Below, piece by piece: positions 1 to 10,405 of a stretch of DNA of 64,000 nt. The notes under the pieces were generated by a model. That model was not told the DNA's origin and did no database searches. It saw only the letters and a list, made by a program, of their open reading frames with translations. The stretch spans positions 599,665-663,664 of the forward strand of contig CAJXMJ010000002.1 of assembly GCA_913056455.1 (NCBI GenBank), read 5' to 3'. The position numbers and the translations under genes are program-made. Within the stretch, counting starts at the first letter, position 1, and the number at the start of each line of letters is the position of its first letter. This DNA is from an uncultured Fodinibius sp. Its GTDB lineage: Bacteria; Bacteroidota; Rhodothermia; Balneolales; Balneolaceae.

Positions 1-1248
1 GAAGGGAGCTATAGCCCCGATGGCAATCGAGTGGCTTTTGTACTGCAAGAAGACAACAAACGACTGCCTGCTGTATTGGAGCAAACAGCATTTTTAAATA
101 ACACGGTGAAAAGAACTCTTTGGGAAAAACGCCTATCTCCAAAACCGGTTGAATTTACTGATATCATAACCGACTCGGTTGCACAAACTTCATCTGATTG
201 GAAAACCTCCCCCTATTCATCAGGACTGGACTGGCTTAAACCACGGACTGTTCTGCCTTTTGCGGATGAAGTATCTAACAATAATAACTATCAGGCTGGC
301 ATATCACTACACAGCGTCAATACATTGTCGACACAGTCCTACTCGGCAGATCTATCATATTTTAAAGAGCGAGGATGGTACGACATTACCTATCAAAACA
401 AAACGTTTTGGCCGGGCTTTAAACTACGCGCTTTTAACGAGCCCTCGTACCGATCTGCTTCAAGTCTTGGTATATTGGGACGACAGGAGCGAAGTCTGGC
501 TTTTAGTGTCCCACTGAAGATAGATCTTAATCAAAATGTATACAGCACTTCACTGTTTGTAGCGCCTGAAATACGTCAATCTCAGATCCGCTTTTATGAT
601 GCCGGTTTTAACGATACAATCTCAGACTTTGCCAACATTACAGCCGGCAATATCTATACGCAACTTAATTTTCGACTCCAGCAAAACATTCGGGATGTCC
701 AGCCCAATACAGGGATTATTTTGTTTTCAGAAGTTGAACATTATTTGTCAGGCGATGACCTTACAATTGGATCTCCCAATAATGAAGTCACCTTTTCATC
801 ACCGAATGCAACAGCGCTCCGTGGGGGCCTATACGGATTTATAGCTCCGTTTAAACGTTGGAATCAATCCTTACGGATAGGAGTGCGTGGCCTCACACAG
901 TCAGGACTGCTTTTTGATAATCAATCCATTGTTTCTGATGCGTTCGGACGCCGTGTTTTTGGCAGTGCGCACAATCTGCTAAGCGTTAATACTCGCTACA
1001 CCATCCCGTTGTTTTATGTTGATGACGGAGGCCTGCTACTTCCTCTCTACCTTAGTAATATCTACCTGGTTGGTTTTACAGATACAGTTTTTAACCCTAA
1101 TCTGAATAATTGGCAAGATCATGGAACCACAGTATTTGGATTGGGCATTCGCACCCGTTTTCGGATCTCAAATCTCAGCTTCGATATTGGTGTCGGCGTT
1201 GGTTTTGAAACGCGAGGCGAAACACGATTTTTTATAGGAGATTTTTAG
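1..1248 (+). CDS. Outer-membrane protein, 3' portion (5' end lies upstream of the window): PD40/TolB-like repeat remnant followed by a beta-barrel-like C-terminal region
   Basis: Frame 1 is open from base 1 (EGSYSPDGNRVAF, a PD40-type signature) and is continuous with tracked ORF 31..1248. It has an alternating hydrophobic pattern and ends ...FFIGDF, typical of OM barrels. Confidence 0.5.
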   Translation, partial: EGSYSPDGNRVAFVLQEDNKRLPAVLEQTAFLNNTVKRTLWEKRLSPKPVEFTDIITDSVAQTSSDWKTSPYSSGLDWLKPRTVLPFADEVSNNNNYQAGISLHSVNTLSTQSYSADLSYFKERGWYDITYQNKTFWPGFKLRAFNEPSYRSASSLGILGRQERSLAFSVPLKIDLNQNVYSTSLFVAPEIRQSQIRFYDAGFNDTISDFANITAGNIYTQLNFRLQQNIRDVQPNTGIILFSEVEHYLSGDDLTIGSPNNEVTFSSPNATALRGGLYGFIAPFKRWNQSLRIGVRGLTQSGLLFDNQSIVSDAFGRRVFGSAHNLLSVNTRYTIPLFYVDDGGLLLPLYLSNIYLVGFTDTVFNPNLNNWQDHGTTVFGLGIRTRFRISNLSFDIGVGVGFETRGETRFFIGDF

Positions 1249-1287
1249 TTATATACTTATCCCATAATATTAAGTTCACCATATCAT

Positions 1288-1878
1288 ATGAAGCTATTCT
1301 CTTTATTTTCTCGAAAGATAATTCCAAGTGTGCTGATCAGTATTCTGCTCTTGGCCGGATGCAGCGAGCCGGAACCAGAAGAACCTGATGCCGACCGAAG
1401 AAAAAGTCCCATTGCCATTGCCCAAAAAACTCATGAACCGAGTAATACCTATATCAAGATAGTATATGGGCAGCCCTATAAAAAAGATCGCCAAATATTT
1501 GGTGATCTGGTACCTTATAATCAGGTGTGGCGGACGGGAGCCAATGAGGCAACTGAACTGACAACAACCAAAGAAATCAGCTTTGCCGGCAAGTCGCTGG
1601 ATGCCGGCACCTATGCGCTTTTCACCATCCCCCGTGAGGATGATGAATGGACGATCATCTTAAATAATGAATTAGGACAGTGGGGCGCTTTCGAATATGA
1701 CTCCACTCACGATTTTTTACGCGTAGATGTGCCTTCTGAATCCACAGAAAAAGTAACCGAAGCGTTTACCATTCGTTTTTCTAAAATTAAGGGGGATTCC
1801 ACGAATATTATCATTGAGTGGGATCAGGTCGAGCTCAACATTCCGGTCAATTTCCTCAACAGCAACTCACCTACCTAA
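1288..1878 (+). CDS. DUF2911 family lipoprotein
   Basis: Lipoprotein signal (LLLAGCS). Motifs IFGDLVPYNQVWRTGANEATELT, AGTYALFTIP and EWTIILN match my memory of DUF2911. Confidence 0.7.
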   Translation: MKLFSLFSRKIIPSVLISILLLAGCSEPEPEEPDADRRKSPIAIAQKTHEPSNTYIKIVYGQPYKKDRQIFGDLVPYNQVWRTGANEATELTTTKEISFAGKSLDAGTYALFTIPREDDEWTIILNNELGQWGAFEYDSTHDFLRVDVPSESTEKVTEAFTIRFSKIKGDSTNIIIEWDQVELNIPVNFLNSNSPT

Positions 1879-1974
1879 TTCTAACAATAGTTATATTATT
1901 AGTGCTAAAAACATTTGAATAAGCAATTCGTATGGTCTACTCGTTATCATTATAACAAACCATACTATTTGCTC

Positions 1975-2784
1975 ATGCAGAAGTCATGCGATTACATTTC
2001 TACCTTGCTTATCCTTTGTGTGATTGTACTCATAATTCCCCAATTCAGTTTAGCTCAAGCCAATAATCAAGATTCCCAAAAGGTTAAAGTCATGGTATTG
2101 GGGACGTTTCATTTTCACCATGCTCCCGACTACTTTGATATTTTATCTCCCGCGAATCAACAACAGCTTGATTCAGTTATTAACTCTATCGCTGAGTTCG
2201 AGCCTACAAAAATTACATTGGAAGCATCCTATAAAGACTCGGCAAAGTTTGACAGCTTGTACCAACAGTTTCGTGCCGGCAAACACCAACTAACCAGCAA
2301 TGAGCGGCAACAACTTGGTTTTCGCCTGGCCGACCAATTTGATCACGAAACTGTTTATCCCGTCGACTATATTTTGAGATGGCCTTACCAAGAAGTTATG
2401 TCGTGGGCTGAAAAAAACCAGCCTTCTTTCTTGGAATTCTATGATCAATGGCAGAAAAAGGGTGCTGTGTATGAAGAAGAACTCTATAAGAACGCAACCC
2501 TCACCGAGCATTTACAATGGCTCAACAGCAAGTCGTATCGGGACCGACTTAAAAAGTTACGGATGAAACGACTAGAACTTGGAGCGGGATCAAACTTTGT
2601 TGGTGCAAAACCAATATCCTCCTCCTATGAGCGCAATCTTAAAATATTTGCCAATATTATAAAATATGCAGAACCGGGTGACAGGATTATTGCCATTTTT
2701 GGGGCCAGTCATGGATACTTTTTGCGAGAATTTGTACAAATGCATCCCGATACAAAACTGGTCGAAACGCTGGACTATCTTTAA
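1975..2784 (+). CDS. Secreted protein of unknown function, DUF5694-like
   Basis: The tracked ORF starts at TTG 1915; the ATG at 1975 precedes a signal-like hydrophobic segment. VMVLGTFHFHH and EPTKITLEA resemble DUF5694. Confidence 0.45.
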   Translation: MQKSCDYISTLLILCVIVLIIPQFSLAQANNQDSQKVKVMVLGTFHFHHAPDYFDILSPANQQQLDSVINSIAEFEPTKITLEASYKDSAKFDSLYQQFRAGKHQLTSNERQQLGFRLADQFDHETVYPVDYILRWPYQEVMSWAEKNQPSFLEFYDQWQKKGAVYEEELYKNATLTEHLQWLNSKSYRDRLKKLRMKRLELGAGSNFVGAKPISSSYERNLKIFANIIKYAEPGDRIIAIFGASHGYFLREFVQMHPDTKLVETLDYL

Positions 2785-2788
2785 AATG

Positions 2789-3148
2789 TTATTTGGCAGA
2801 AGTACTTTCTTTTACTTTTTCCAACAGTTCTTCAGGCACGTCCAGCTCCATACGCAACAACATTGAGGCGTGGGTTTTACCCTGGGCATCCAATTTTAAA
2901 GATACCGTTCCTCCGCCGCCTAAACTTTCGTGGAGCACAAAATTCAGCGCGCCGATATTGGGCAATTCATAGCGCTCAACTTCTCCTTTACAAATATGCT
3001 TCATATGCTCCTTAACGACATCAGCTGTGAGATTTTCTTTTAAGAAGGGATACACATCCGGATGCCGGGCAATTACTCCCACATTACTACCGTCTCCCTT
3101 GTCGCCGCTGCGTCCGTGTGCTATTTCGATAAGCTTTACTGTAGCCAT
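2789..3148 (-). CDS. Stand-alone AtuA C-terminal (ferredoxin-fold)-like domain protein
   Basis: AHGRSGDKGDGSNVGVIAR ... ALNFVLHESLGGGG ... LDAQGK resembles the C-terminal part of AtuA/DUF1446 proteins. Confidence 0.45.
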   Translation of the reverse strand: MATVKLIEIAHGRSGDKGDGSNVGVIARHPDVYPFLKENLTADVVKEHMKHICKGEVERYELPNIGALNFVLHESLGGGGTVSLKLDAQGKTHASMLLRMELDVPEELLEKVKESTSAK

Positions 3149-3303
3149 AATATATTCTCTGCATTCCTTTTTCTGTTGTGGATAAAGATAGATTGATGAA
3201 CGCCCCCCTGCAAGCCAAAAAAATTTCTTTTGCGCAAACGATTTTAAACTGAGTTCCGTTACATCAACTCACATATACTTTAATATCAAACTATATAACA
3301 TTT

Positions 3304-3669
3304 ATGAGTTATTTCGACAAGATTTCTGACATCTATGATCACATTGCACAAGGAACAGCTATGGATGCATTTGAACAATATTACGCCGAAGATGTCACCA
3401 TGATTTTAGAAGACGGCACCGCGGTTGAAGGAAAAGATGCCAACCGTGAACGCGAAAATGAATTCTTTAGCAGTGTCGATGAGTTTCACGGCATCGAAGT
3501 AAAAGGTATAACGTCCAACGAAGACGAAGGCATTACGGCTGTTGAATCTACCATGACCGTCACCTTTAAAGGAACTGATGAACCTATAGACCTCGAGCAG
3601 GTTGCCGTGCAGCACTGGGACAACGATAAAATTGATACCGAGCGATTTTACGGAACACAGACGGACTAA
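3304..3669 (+). CDS. SnoaL-like / NTF2-fold protein
   Basis: 121 aa with an acidic alpha+beta pattern and an N-terminal YYAEDV...EG segment typical of SnoaL-like polyketide-cyclase-fold proteins. Confidence 0.45.
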   Translation: MSYFDKISDIYDHIAQGTAMDAFEQYYAEDVTMILEDGTAVEGKDANRERENEFFSSVDEFHGIEVKGITSNEDEGITAVESTMTVTFKGTDEPIDLEQVAVQHWDNDKIDTERFYGTQTD

Positions 3670-3692
3670 CACAACCCCATGTCCCGTTACCT

Positions 3693-3722
3693 AAGCCCTC
3701 CTGTTTCAGGAGGGCTTTTTTT
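3693..3722 (+). terminator. Rho-independent terminator
   Basis: AGCCCTCCT (3694-3702) pairs with AGGAGGGCT (3708-3716), followed by a T run. Confidence 0.75.
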
Positions 3723-3864
3723 AATGATGGCTCATAGTTCCTACCGGATTTTGAGTTGTAGATAACAAATTGGTGGAAGGAGAAAGAATCCGTAATTTCC
3801 ACGCGCTTCATCTCATCAACTTTTACCACAGACATTTACTTCAAATAAATCATTTTTTCTCACA

Positions 3865-5115
3865 ATGAGTAAACCAAAGCGCGTAGTTGTCACCGGATTA
3901 GGAGCCTTATCACCCCTTGGTAATTCTGTTAATGAATTCTGGTCCAATTTAATTGACGGCGTAAGTGGCGCCGATCGTATCACCCATTTTGATCCCTCAC
4001 AATTTCGCACGCATTTTGCCTGCGAACTCAAAGATTACGATCCTTCCGACCATCTGGAACATAATATGATTCGTCGATCGGATCCCTACAGCCAATATGC
4101 GTTGGTTTCCACCGACCAGGCCGTTAAAGATTCGGGACTCGATTTTGACGAAATGGATCCTTTTGATACGGGCGTTATTTGGGGGAGCGGCCAGGGAGGA
4201 ATGAAAACCTTCGAAGATGAAGTTAAGAATTATACCCAACGGGACTTCAATCCACGCTTTAACCCATTTTTTGTCCCCAAGTTGATCATCAACATGGCTC
4301 CCGGGCTTATCTCTATGAAATACGGACTCATGGGCATCAACTATGCTACCGTTTCGGCTTGTGCCACCTCTAATACGGCCATCATGGATGCGCTTAACTA
4401 TATCCGGTGGGGCAAAGCTAAAGTTATGATCACCGGCGGTTCTGAAGCAGGTATTACCGAAGCTTCCTTTGGCGGATTTTCGGCCATGCGCGCTATGTCG
4501 CAGCGCAACGAGGATCCTAAAAGTGCTTCTCGTCCCTTCGATAAAGACCGCGACGGTTTTGTGATGGGTGAAGGAGCAGCCACTCTTATCTTGGAAGAGT
4601 ATGAACACGCCAAGGAGCGCGACGCCAACATTTATGCCGAAGTTACCGGTGCGGCCATGACGGCCGATGCCTACCATATGACGGCCACGCATCCCGAAGG
4701 AAAAGGGGCTACTGCGGCAATGAAACAGGCACTGAATGATAGCGAGCTCAATGCCGAGGACGTTGATTACCTGAACACCCACGCAACTTCTACGCCAGTA
4801 GGCGACATCAGTGAAATAAAAGCAGCAGTAAATGTATTCGGCGAATCACCTGATCACTTAACGATTGGAGCTACAAAATCAATGACGGGGCATTTGCTCG
4901 GTGCTGCCGGAGCTATTGAAGCTATTGCCAGCATCAAAGCAATTAATGATGATGTAATCCCACCAACTATCAATACCGAAAATATTGATGAGGACATTCC
5001 ATCCTCACTGGATATTATTCGGGATGAGGCCAGAGAAAAACAGGTGGATGTTGCAATGAGCAATACCTTCGGTTTCGGCGGTCACAACGGGATTGTAGTG
5101 TTTAAGAAGGTTTGA
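3865..5115 (+). CDS. fabF: 3-oxoacyl-ACP synthase II
   Basis: RVVVTGLGALSPLGN start, active-site region SACATS, HATSTPVGD, GATKSMTGHLLGAAG and FGFGGHN C-terminus. Confidence 0.95.
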   Translation: MSKPKRVVVTGLGALSPLGNSVNEFWSNLIDGVSGADRITHFDPSQFRTHFACELKDYDPSDHLEHNMIRRSDPYSQYALVSTDQAVKDSGLDFDEMDPFDTGVIWGSGQGGMKTFEDEVKNYTQRDFNPRFNPFFVPKLIINMAPGLISMKYGLMGINYATVSACATSNTAIMDALNYIRWGKAKVMITGGSEAGITEASFGGFSAMRAMSQRNEDPKSASRPFDKDRDGFVMGEGAATLILEEYEHAKERDANIYAEVTGAAMTADAYHMTATHPEGKGATAAMKQALNDSELNAEDVDYLNTHATSTPVGDISEIKAAVNVFGESPDHLTIGATKSMTGHLLGAAGAIEAIASIKAINDDVIPPTINTENIDEDIPSSLDIIRDEAREKQVDVAMSNTFGFGGHNGIVVFKKV

Positions 5116-5149
5116 TCGATGCATCATGAGTAACGAACGATGTAGCTCG

Positions 5150-5686
5150 TTACTCACTCCAGGGCGGAACAATGCCATTCATTCGCGCATAGGCAATTGA
5201 CTGACCCACGTGCTCACTTTTGTGGGTAATCAGCTGCATCAACACCGCTTGACCATTGACGGTTCGCCCGTACATCATTGTTTCTTCGTGCAGCTTGGAG
5301 ATGGGCATTTCTTTCATTGATTCTTTGACATGCTCAATGGAACGCTCCAGAATTGACACCACATTTTCTTTGCCCGTTATCGACTCAATATTATCTATAT
5401 CCACATCATCGGGCGCCGGAATGCCAAGTGAGCTTTCCAGGTAATAAAAGTTATAACGTGCGATGTGAGTATACACTTCTTCTACAGTCATCACCTCTTC
5501 TTCTGGGCCCCAGGAATATTTATCCGCGGGCATTGCTTTGGCCAGCGAAAGTACACGCGAAGCATAATCAAAATGCCTGCTAAATTGATCTTTAAAGTTG
5601 TTGGATTCCTGAGCCTGTAAGGGCTGAATCCAGCAAAACATTATTAACATCGAGAGTATAACTATTGTAAATTTTTTCATAACCAA
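5150..5686 (-). CDS. DinB-family protein with signal peptide
   Basis: Four-helix-type pattern with His motifs (THIARYNFYY, THKSEHVGQ). Confidence 0.5.
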   Translation of the reverse strand: MVMKKFTIVILSMLIMFCWIQPLQAQESNNFKDQFSRHFDYASRVLSLAKAMPADKYSWGPEEEVMTVEEVYTHIARYNFYYLESSLGIPAPDDVDIDNIESITGKENVVSILERSIEHVKESMKEMPISKLHEETMMYGRTVNGQAVLMQLITHKSEHVGQSIAYARMNGIVPPWSE

Positions 5687-5727
5687 TCCCTTTTATTGGG
5701 TTCTAATACTACAAACCTATATTAAAA

Positions 5728-6468
5728 TTAATTGTTACTTCCATTCGTCTTTTGAGCACGATTATTAAGATGCGACTTTTCAATGTTTGTAAAAAATTGC
5801 CTCAACGAATGCACCAGCAAATCTTTTTCCACATCATGAATAGGGTGCCCGGTCCCAGGCAAGACCATCATCTCTGAATTATCTGTTTTTCTATAGGCTG
5901 CTATAGTTTGCTCAAGCCCGGCTGTTGTATCGGAATCCCCAATATGAAATCTAATGGGACAATCGATCTGTTTCCATTCATCTATTTCAATGCTAGGATG
6001 GACACCCAAATACTGTAACATGTCCCGAGTGTTATTCACTACCCGTTCCCAACCTGACAGATGTTTATCTTTTAGCTTATCAACAAAGTGAGGAACTTTT
6101 TCTTTCATCTTTTGCGGATGCAGGTACTTGCTCTCTCTATCTGCTATCTCTTCATTCCATTGTAATATGGTACCCAGCGTTGATACTCCTTTAACTCTTT
6201 CGGGATAATCTTTTGCCAAGGACAGGGCAACATAACCGCCCATACTATATCCAAAAAAGTTCGCTTTTTTCAACCTGTGTTCATCCATATACCCCAGCAC
6301 ATTTTCAACAAAGTAGGAAATCCGAAAAGTACTTTCTGTCGGACCTGCTTCACCATGGCCTTCAAAATTGATACGGTGTACGTCAAAATGTTCTTTAAGC
6401 AGCGGGAATATAAAATCAAATTGTTTTGATGTTCCCAGCGCACCGTGTAATAATATTAGAGATTCCAT
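5728..6468 (-). CDS. Alpha/beta-fold hydrolase
   Basis: LILLHGALGT oxyanion region and nucleophile elbow GYSMGG; C-terminal GTGHPIH region. Confidence 0.75.
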   Translation of the reverse strand: MESLILLHGALGTSKQFDFIFPLLKEHFDVHRINFEGHGEAGPTESTFRISYFVENVLGYMDEHRLKKANFFGYSMGGYVALSLAKDYPERVKGVSTLGTILQWNEEIADRESKYLHPQKMKEKVPHFVDKLKDKHLSGWERVVNNTRDMLQYLGVHPSIEIDEWKQIDCPIRFHIGDSDTTAGLEQTIAAYRKTDNSEMMVLPGTGHPIHDVEKDLLVHSLRQFFTNIEKSHLNNRAQKTNGSNN

Positions 6469-6574
6469 ATCTCGCTTTTTAAAGATGAACTTGTCTCATG
6501 ATAGATACGATATCATCGTGATATCCCAAAATTTAAGCATAGCATGTAATTTAACTCTTTTTCAGTCAGAATTA

Positions 6575-6955
6575 TTAACTGCCAGTCTCTGGATAACGCA
6601 TCCTAAAATAAGCCCACTTCCCGGATTCATCAGTGCACCTTCCCGCAAATGTATGATTTCCTTTATCAGCCATTTTGCAAGTTAGTAGCACTTGCTCTTC
6701 GGGCTCCTCAAAAGAAAAATAGAGGGTATCATTTTGTACGCGTGGATCCCGCGTTTCCATCACCGTGCTGTCGGGACCCATAATATCTATTGATAATTTC
6801 CCATTAACGTACGAAACATCATAGGTAAGAGGATTCTCCATTTCCGGATGATTCATCGGACTTAGTGATCCAGCCCAGTTTCCCGGTTTGAGTTTATCAT
6901 TCGATTTGCAACCTATCAAAAGGCATATAGTTATGCCCAAAAATACATATTTCAT
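6575..6955 (-). CDS. Lipoprotein, unknown function
   Basis: MKYVFLGITICLLIGC lipobox; no recognisable domain. Confidence 0.5.
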   Translation of the reverse strand: MKYVFLGITICLLIGCKSNDKLKPGNWAGSLSPMNHPEMENPLTYDVSYVNGKLSIDIMGPDSTVMETRDPRVQNDTLYFSFEEPEEQVLLTCKMADKGNHTFAGRCTDESGKWAYFRMRYPETGS

Positions 6956-7105
6956 CCAGATAAAAATTAGTTAATAGATTTTTCAAAGAGTGGATTTTTT
7001 ACTGAGCGAAAAATATTACGCAAAATTCTATTTCAGAACAATAATTATGACTTAAAAAGACCTATTAACAACCACAGGGGTTTTACAGGATACAATTTCT
7101 TTTCG

Positions 7106-7306
7106 TTATGTATACATTATTACCAGTACAGAAGCTATACAGCCAATAACATACAGCAAAGTATATCGGCGAAATCGACTTGGATTTTTAGACTTTGGTA
7201 CTGCCCCATTAAGCGTTATGGTTCTCTTGGTCGTAACTTGGATAAATAAAAGCATTATAAATACACCCGTCACAAAACCCATAATAAAATCGATCATAAC
7301 AACCAC
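7106..7306 (-). CDS. Small two-helix membrane protein (hypothetical)
   Basis: The start abuts the stop of the GH31 gene (7307). It has two hydrophobic helices but no homology signal. Confidence 0.3.
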   Translation of the reverse strand: MVVMIDFIMGFVTGVFIMLLFIQVTTKRTITLNGAVPKSKNPSRFRRYTLLYVIGCIASVLVIMYT

Positions 7307-9724
7307 CTATTCATTCCACGATACTGTGATAGCAATATTCTCTTTGGTATTCCATTCGACCGGGATTTCTAATCTATTATTGCTTTCATTCCAATTAGTC
7401 GAAATTACGTTTTCATCAAGCTTTACTTGCCGGGGACGATCTCTAAGATTATGAATCACCAGCTTAATCTGTTTCTCTGATGCTGAATAGTTCTTTCCAA
7501 TGTTGGCCTCCAGCGTAACCCTTAACACATCCTTACTTTGATTCGCCTCAAAAGTGAGTAGCTCATACTTGTCCTTTTCTACAGCACCTCTTGTAAGACC
7601 ATCATCATTATACATCTCCGAATTCGATTGGTCGACCGATGCATCGGTATAGTAGTGGAGCGTAAGATTTCTGCCACTGTATGCTTTGGCATGTTGTCTT
7701 AATTTTGTCATTGGGATAAAAGCTCCGCCGCGGACAAAGGTGGGAATAGTCGTATCATTTACAGCTACTGTCGCCACTTGTCCACCTTCAAATTTTTGAT
7801 CGGTATAGAAATTATACCAGTTCGATCCTTCCGGAAAATAGACCTCCTTTTGCTTTTTATCGGATTTAACAATTGGAGCCACTAAAAAATCATCCCCCCA
7901 CAAATAGGCGTTATCATAGTTGAATAGTTTTTCATTCTCGGGCTCCTCAAAGAAAAGTGGCCGCATCAACGGTGCCCCGGTTTTATGATTCAGATGCACC
8001 AAGTGATAGTTATACGGCAATAACCGGTAACGCAATTCAATCGCTTTCTTGGATAAAGCCTTGGCGCTGTCGCTCCGAAAGACCGGCTCACTGGGTACCG
8101 CTTCCTGTGCATGGGGACGATAAATCGGTTGAAATACCCCGTACTGCATCCACCGCACATAAAGCTCGTCATCCAGATTATCTCCCGCAAAACCGCCCAG
8201 ATCGCTGTGCATATAGCCAATGCCCTGCATTCCCATCTGCAGCGAAATTTCGGGTTGACTTTGCAAACCGCCCCAGCTGCGAGCCACATCACCCGTCCAC
8301 GGAATGATGCCAAAGCGCTGCGACCCCGAATAGCCGGCACGCATCAAAATAAAGGGTCTCATATCCGGATCGTACTCATAAAACGCCTCATCTACCAACT
8401 TTGCCCATTGATGTCCGTAAATATTGTGGACTTCATCCGCGGTACCCGTGGCGTGAACGGCTTCGGATGGATGAACTTCAGGCTCACCAAGATCGCCCCA
8501 CATTCCCGTAACGCCCATGCTCAGTAAATCTTTATAAATATTCTTAAACCAGTTGTAGCCCTTCTCATCAAAAACATCGATAATCCCGGTATTGCCGAAA
8601 AAGAATTCAAATGTTAACGGATTGCCCAACGAATCTTTAGCCAGCACGTCATTTGCAACGGCTTCATCCCATCTTTTTGAGGTTGTTTGCACGTATGGCT
8701 CGGTTATTAAAATAGTCTCAACGTGTTCTTCGCGCAGTTCGTCAATCATCTGCCTTGGCTTTGGGAACGAATCAGCATGAAAGGCTAAGTTACCCATATT
8801 TCCTTTCATCTCTTTGCCAAACCAAAACAGATCCAGGATGATTGCATCCATCGGAATTTGTTCGTCTCTAAAAAGCTGAGCCGTTTCCAACACTTCTTCC
8901 TGTGAGTGATATCCAAATCGACTGGAAAAATTTCCCATGGCCCAGCGCGGTATCATCGGCTGTTTACCCGTAAGATCGGTAAAGTTATCTATAATATTTA
9001 ACCACGAATTACAACTAACTATCTGGTAAGTTATCTGCCCGCTAATGGTCTCATAGGCCAGAGTATTGTTATTATTGCTATCCAGATCCAAAAAGCCTAT
9101 CGGAGCATTATCAAAATGCAGCAAGTATTGTTTGGACGATAATACCACAGGCATGGTATAATTGAGCAGCTCACTTCTATCTCCATATCCATAGTGCGCT
9201 CGATTGTACAACTCCAGCCGGTGCCCCCTTCTGCTCATATTCAGAGCCCGGGCACCCCCGCCATAAAGAGCCTCCTCTTCGGTAATCTGAAACTGTATCG
9301 TTTTAAGGGAATCTCTCCTATAGCCACTCTCCCTAATCATCAGCTCATTCCCACGGTAATAAGTAATTTGAAAAGGTACTTTTTGGATCCGCGCTGTTAT
9401 GCCCTTTGATCGCAAAACCAATGAAGAATCAGTTTGAGAAACATCAACGGGAACCTGTTGTGGTTCTAACACTACGGCATGCGATGCCTCCTGAAATGTT
9501 TCCCCATCAGGAATAAATGAAGTCTCAATAATATTCGGCGTATAAAACTGAAGGCGATAGGTACCGTCACTTAGGTGTATTTCGAAATGGCTTTCTTTTT
9601 TTACCACTTCCTCAAATACGCGATCAACAGACTGGGAGAGTACAGGCTGAACGGTGAATACAAACAGGAGTATAAACAGTATTATTCTCATCAATATATA
9701 CCTAAGGAGTAAACATTTATTCAT
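7307..9724 (-). CDS. Glycoside hydrolase family 31 (alpha-glucosidase/alpha-xylosidase type)
   Basis: GMWGDLGEPE (nucleophile region), HSDLGGF, IPWTGD and RPHAQ motifs; about 800 aa with a signal peptide. Confidence 0.85.
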   Translation of the reverse strand: MNKCLLLRYILMRIILFILLFVFTVQPVLSQSVDRVFEEVVKKESHFEIHLSDGTYRLQFYTPNIIETSFIPDGETFQEASHAVVLEPQQVPVDVSQTDSSLVLRSKGITARIQKVPFQITYYRGNELMIRESGYRRDSLKTIQFQITEEEALYGGGARALNMSRRGHRLELYNRAHYGYGDRSELLNYTMPVVLSSKQYLLHFDNAPIGFLDLDSNNNNTLAYETISGQITYQIVSCNSWLNIIDNFTDLTGKQPMIPRWAMGNFSSRFGYHSQEEVLETAQLFRDEQIPMDAIILDLFWFGKEMKGNMGNLAFHADSFPKPRQMIDELREEHVETILITEPYVQTTSKRWDEAVANDVLAKDSLGNPLTFEFFFGNTGIIDVFDEKGYNWFKNIYKDLLSMGVTGMWGDLGEPEVHPSEAVHATGTADEVHNIYGHQWAKLVDEAFYEYDPDMRPFILMRAGYSGSQRFGIIPWTGDVARSWGGLQSQPEISLQMGMQGIGYMHSDLGGFAGDNLDDELYVRWMQYGVFQPIYRPHAQEAVPSEPVFRSDSAKALSKKAIELRYRLLPYNYHLVHLNHKTGAPLMRPLFFEEPENEKLFNYDNAYLWGDDFLVAPIVKSDKKQKEVYFPEGSNWYNFYTDQKFEGGQVATVAVNDTTIPTFVRGGAFIPMTKLRQHAKAYSGRNLTLHYYTDASVDQSNSEMYNDDGLTRGAVEKDKYELLTFEANQSKDVLRVTLEANIGKNYSASEKQIKLVIHNLRDRPRQVKLDENVISTNWNESNNRLEIPVEWNTKENIAITVSWNE

Positions 9725-9857
9725 TGCCGGGGTTGAAGGTAGGATTATTTATCTCTCCGTTCCAATACAGTGTGCTACCAATTACCAGCTCATAATAGGA
9801 AGATACCCTAAAAATGCGTTACTTCTTTTTTAATCAATCATAAATATACGGGGAGCT

Positions 9858-10382
9858 ATGAAATATTTATCAATAATGAGCGGAATATTAGCGTCTGTTT
9901 TGCTGGTAACAGCATGCCAGCCGCAGAACAGTAATAACGAAAGAGCCTCTAACGGGATCATTACAACAGGTGAATATAAGGGGAATGAATTTACTATTGC
10001 TACGGGCAATGAGGATGAAATATTTATGGATATGGCGGAAGCCTTCAACCGCATGGATGCCGAAGCACTCTGGTCATATTCAGCAGATACAGTCATGATG
10101 CGTAGCGTTGAAGGAGTAGAAGTTGCGCTAACACAGGCTGACATGGCTGGGTTCTTTGCCTCGGCAGATTCTCTAAGCTGGGATATTGATGCTGTTATTC
10201 CTGTAAAGATTACGGGTAGCAACCAAGTTCGCATTTTTGTCGACAGCCGCGAAGTGGTCTATAGAAAAGACGGCAGCGTGATGAAAAAGCACCTCTTTGA
10301 GGAATTTACTTTTGAAGATGAAAAAATGATTAGAGTCCGCCAGTGGGATGCAGCAATGCCCGATAGTACAGAAAGCATATAG
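9858..10382 (+). CDS. Lipoprotein, unknown function
   Basis: Signal plus lipobox (LLVTAC); no firm domain call. Confidence 0.5.
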   Translation: MKYLSIMSGILASVLLVTACQPQNSNNERASNGIITTGEYKGNEFTIATGNEDEIFMDMAEAFNRMDAEALWSYSADTVMMRSVEGVEVALTQADMAGFFASADSLSWDIDAVIPVKITGSNQVRIFVDSREVVYRKDGSVMKKHLFEEFTFEDEKMIRVRQWDAAMPDSTESI

Positions 10383-10405
10383 CAAGCCCGAAAAAGGTAG
10401 GAGGA

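Noticed and set aside
3177-3185. Isolated perfect DnaA box TGTGGATAA upstream of the SnoaL-like gene
   Set aside because: A single 9-mer with no cluster or AT-rich partner is consistent with chance or minor DnaA titration.
3997-4782. 261-aa ORF (and 4398..4631, 4854..5063) on the strand opposite fabF
   Set aside because: It lies entirely inside a very well-supported fabF reading frame and its composition looks like a shadow ORF.
7957-8527. Several 116-138 aa ORFs on both strands inside the GH31 gene
   Set aside because: They are shadow frames of a long, motif-supported CDS with no independent signals.
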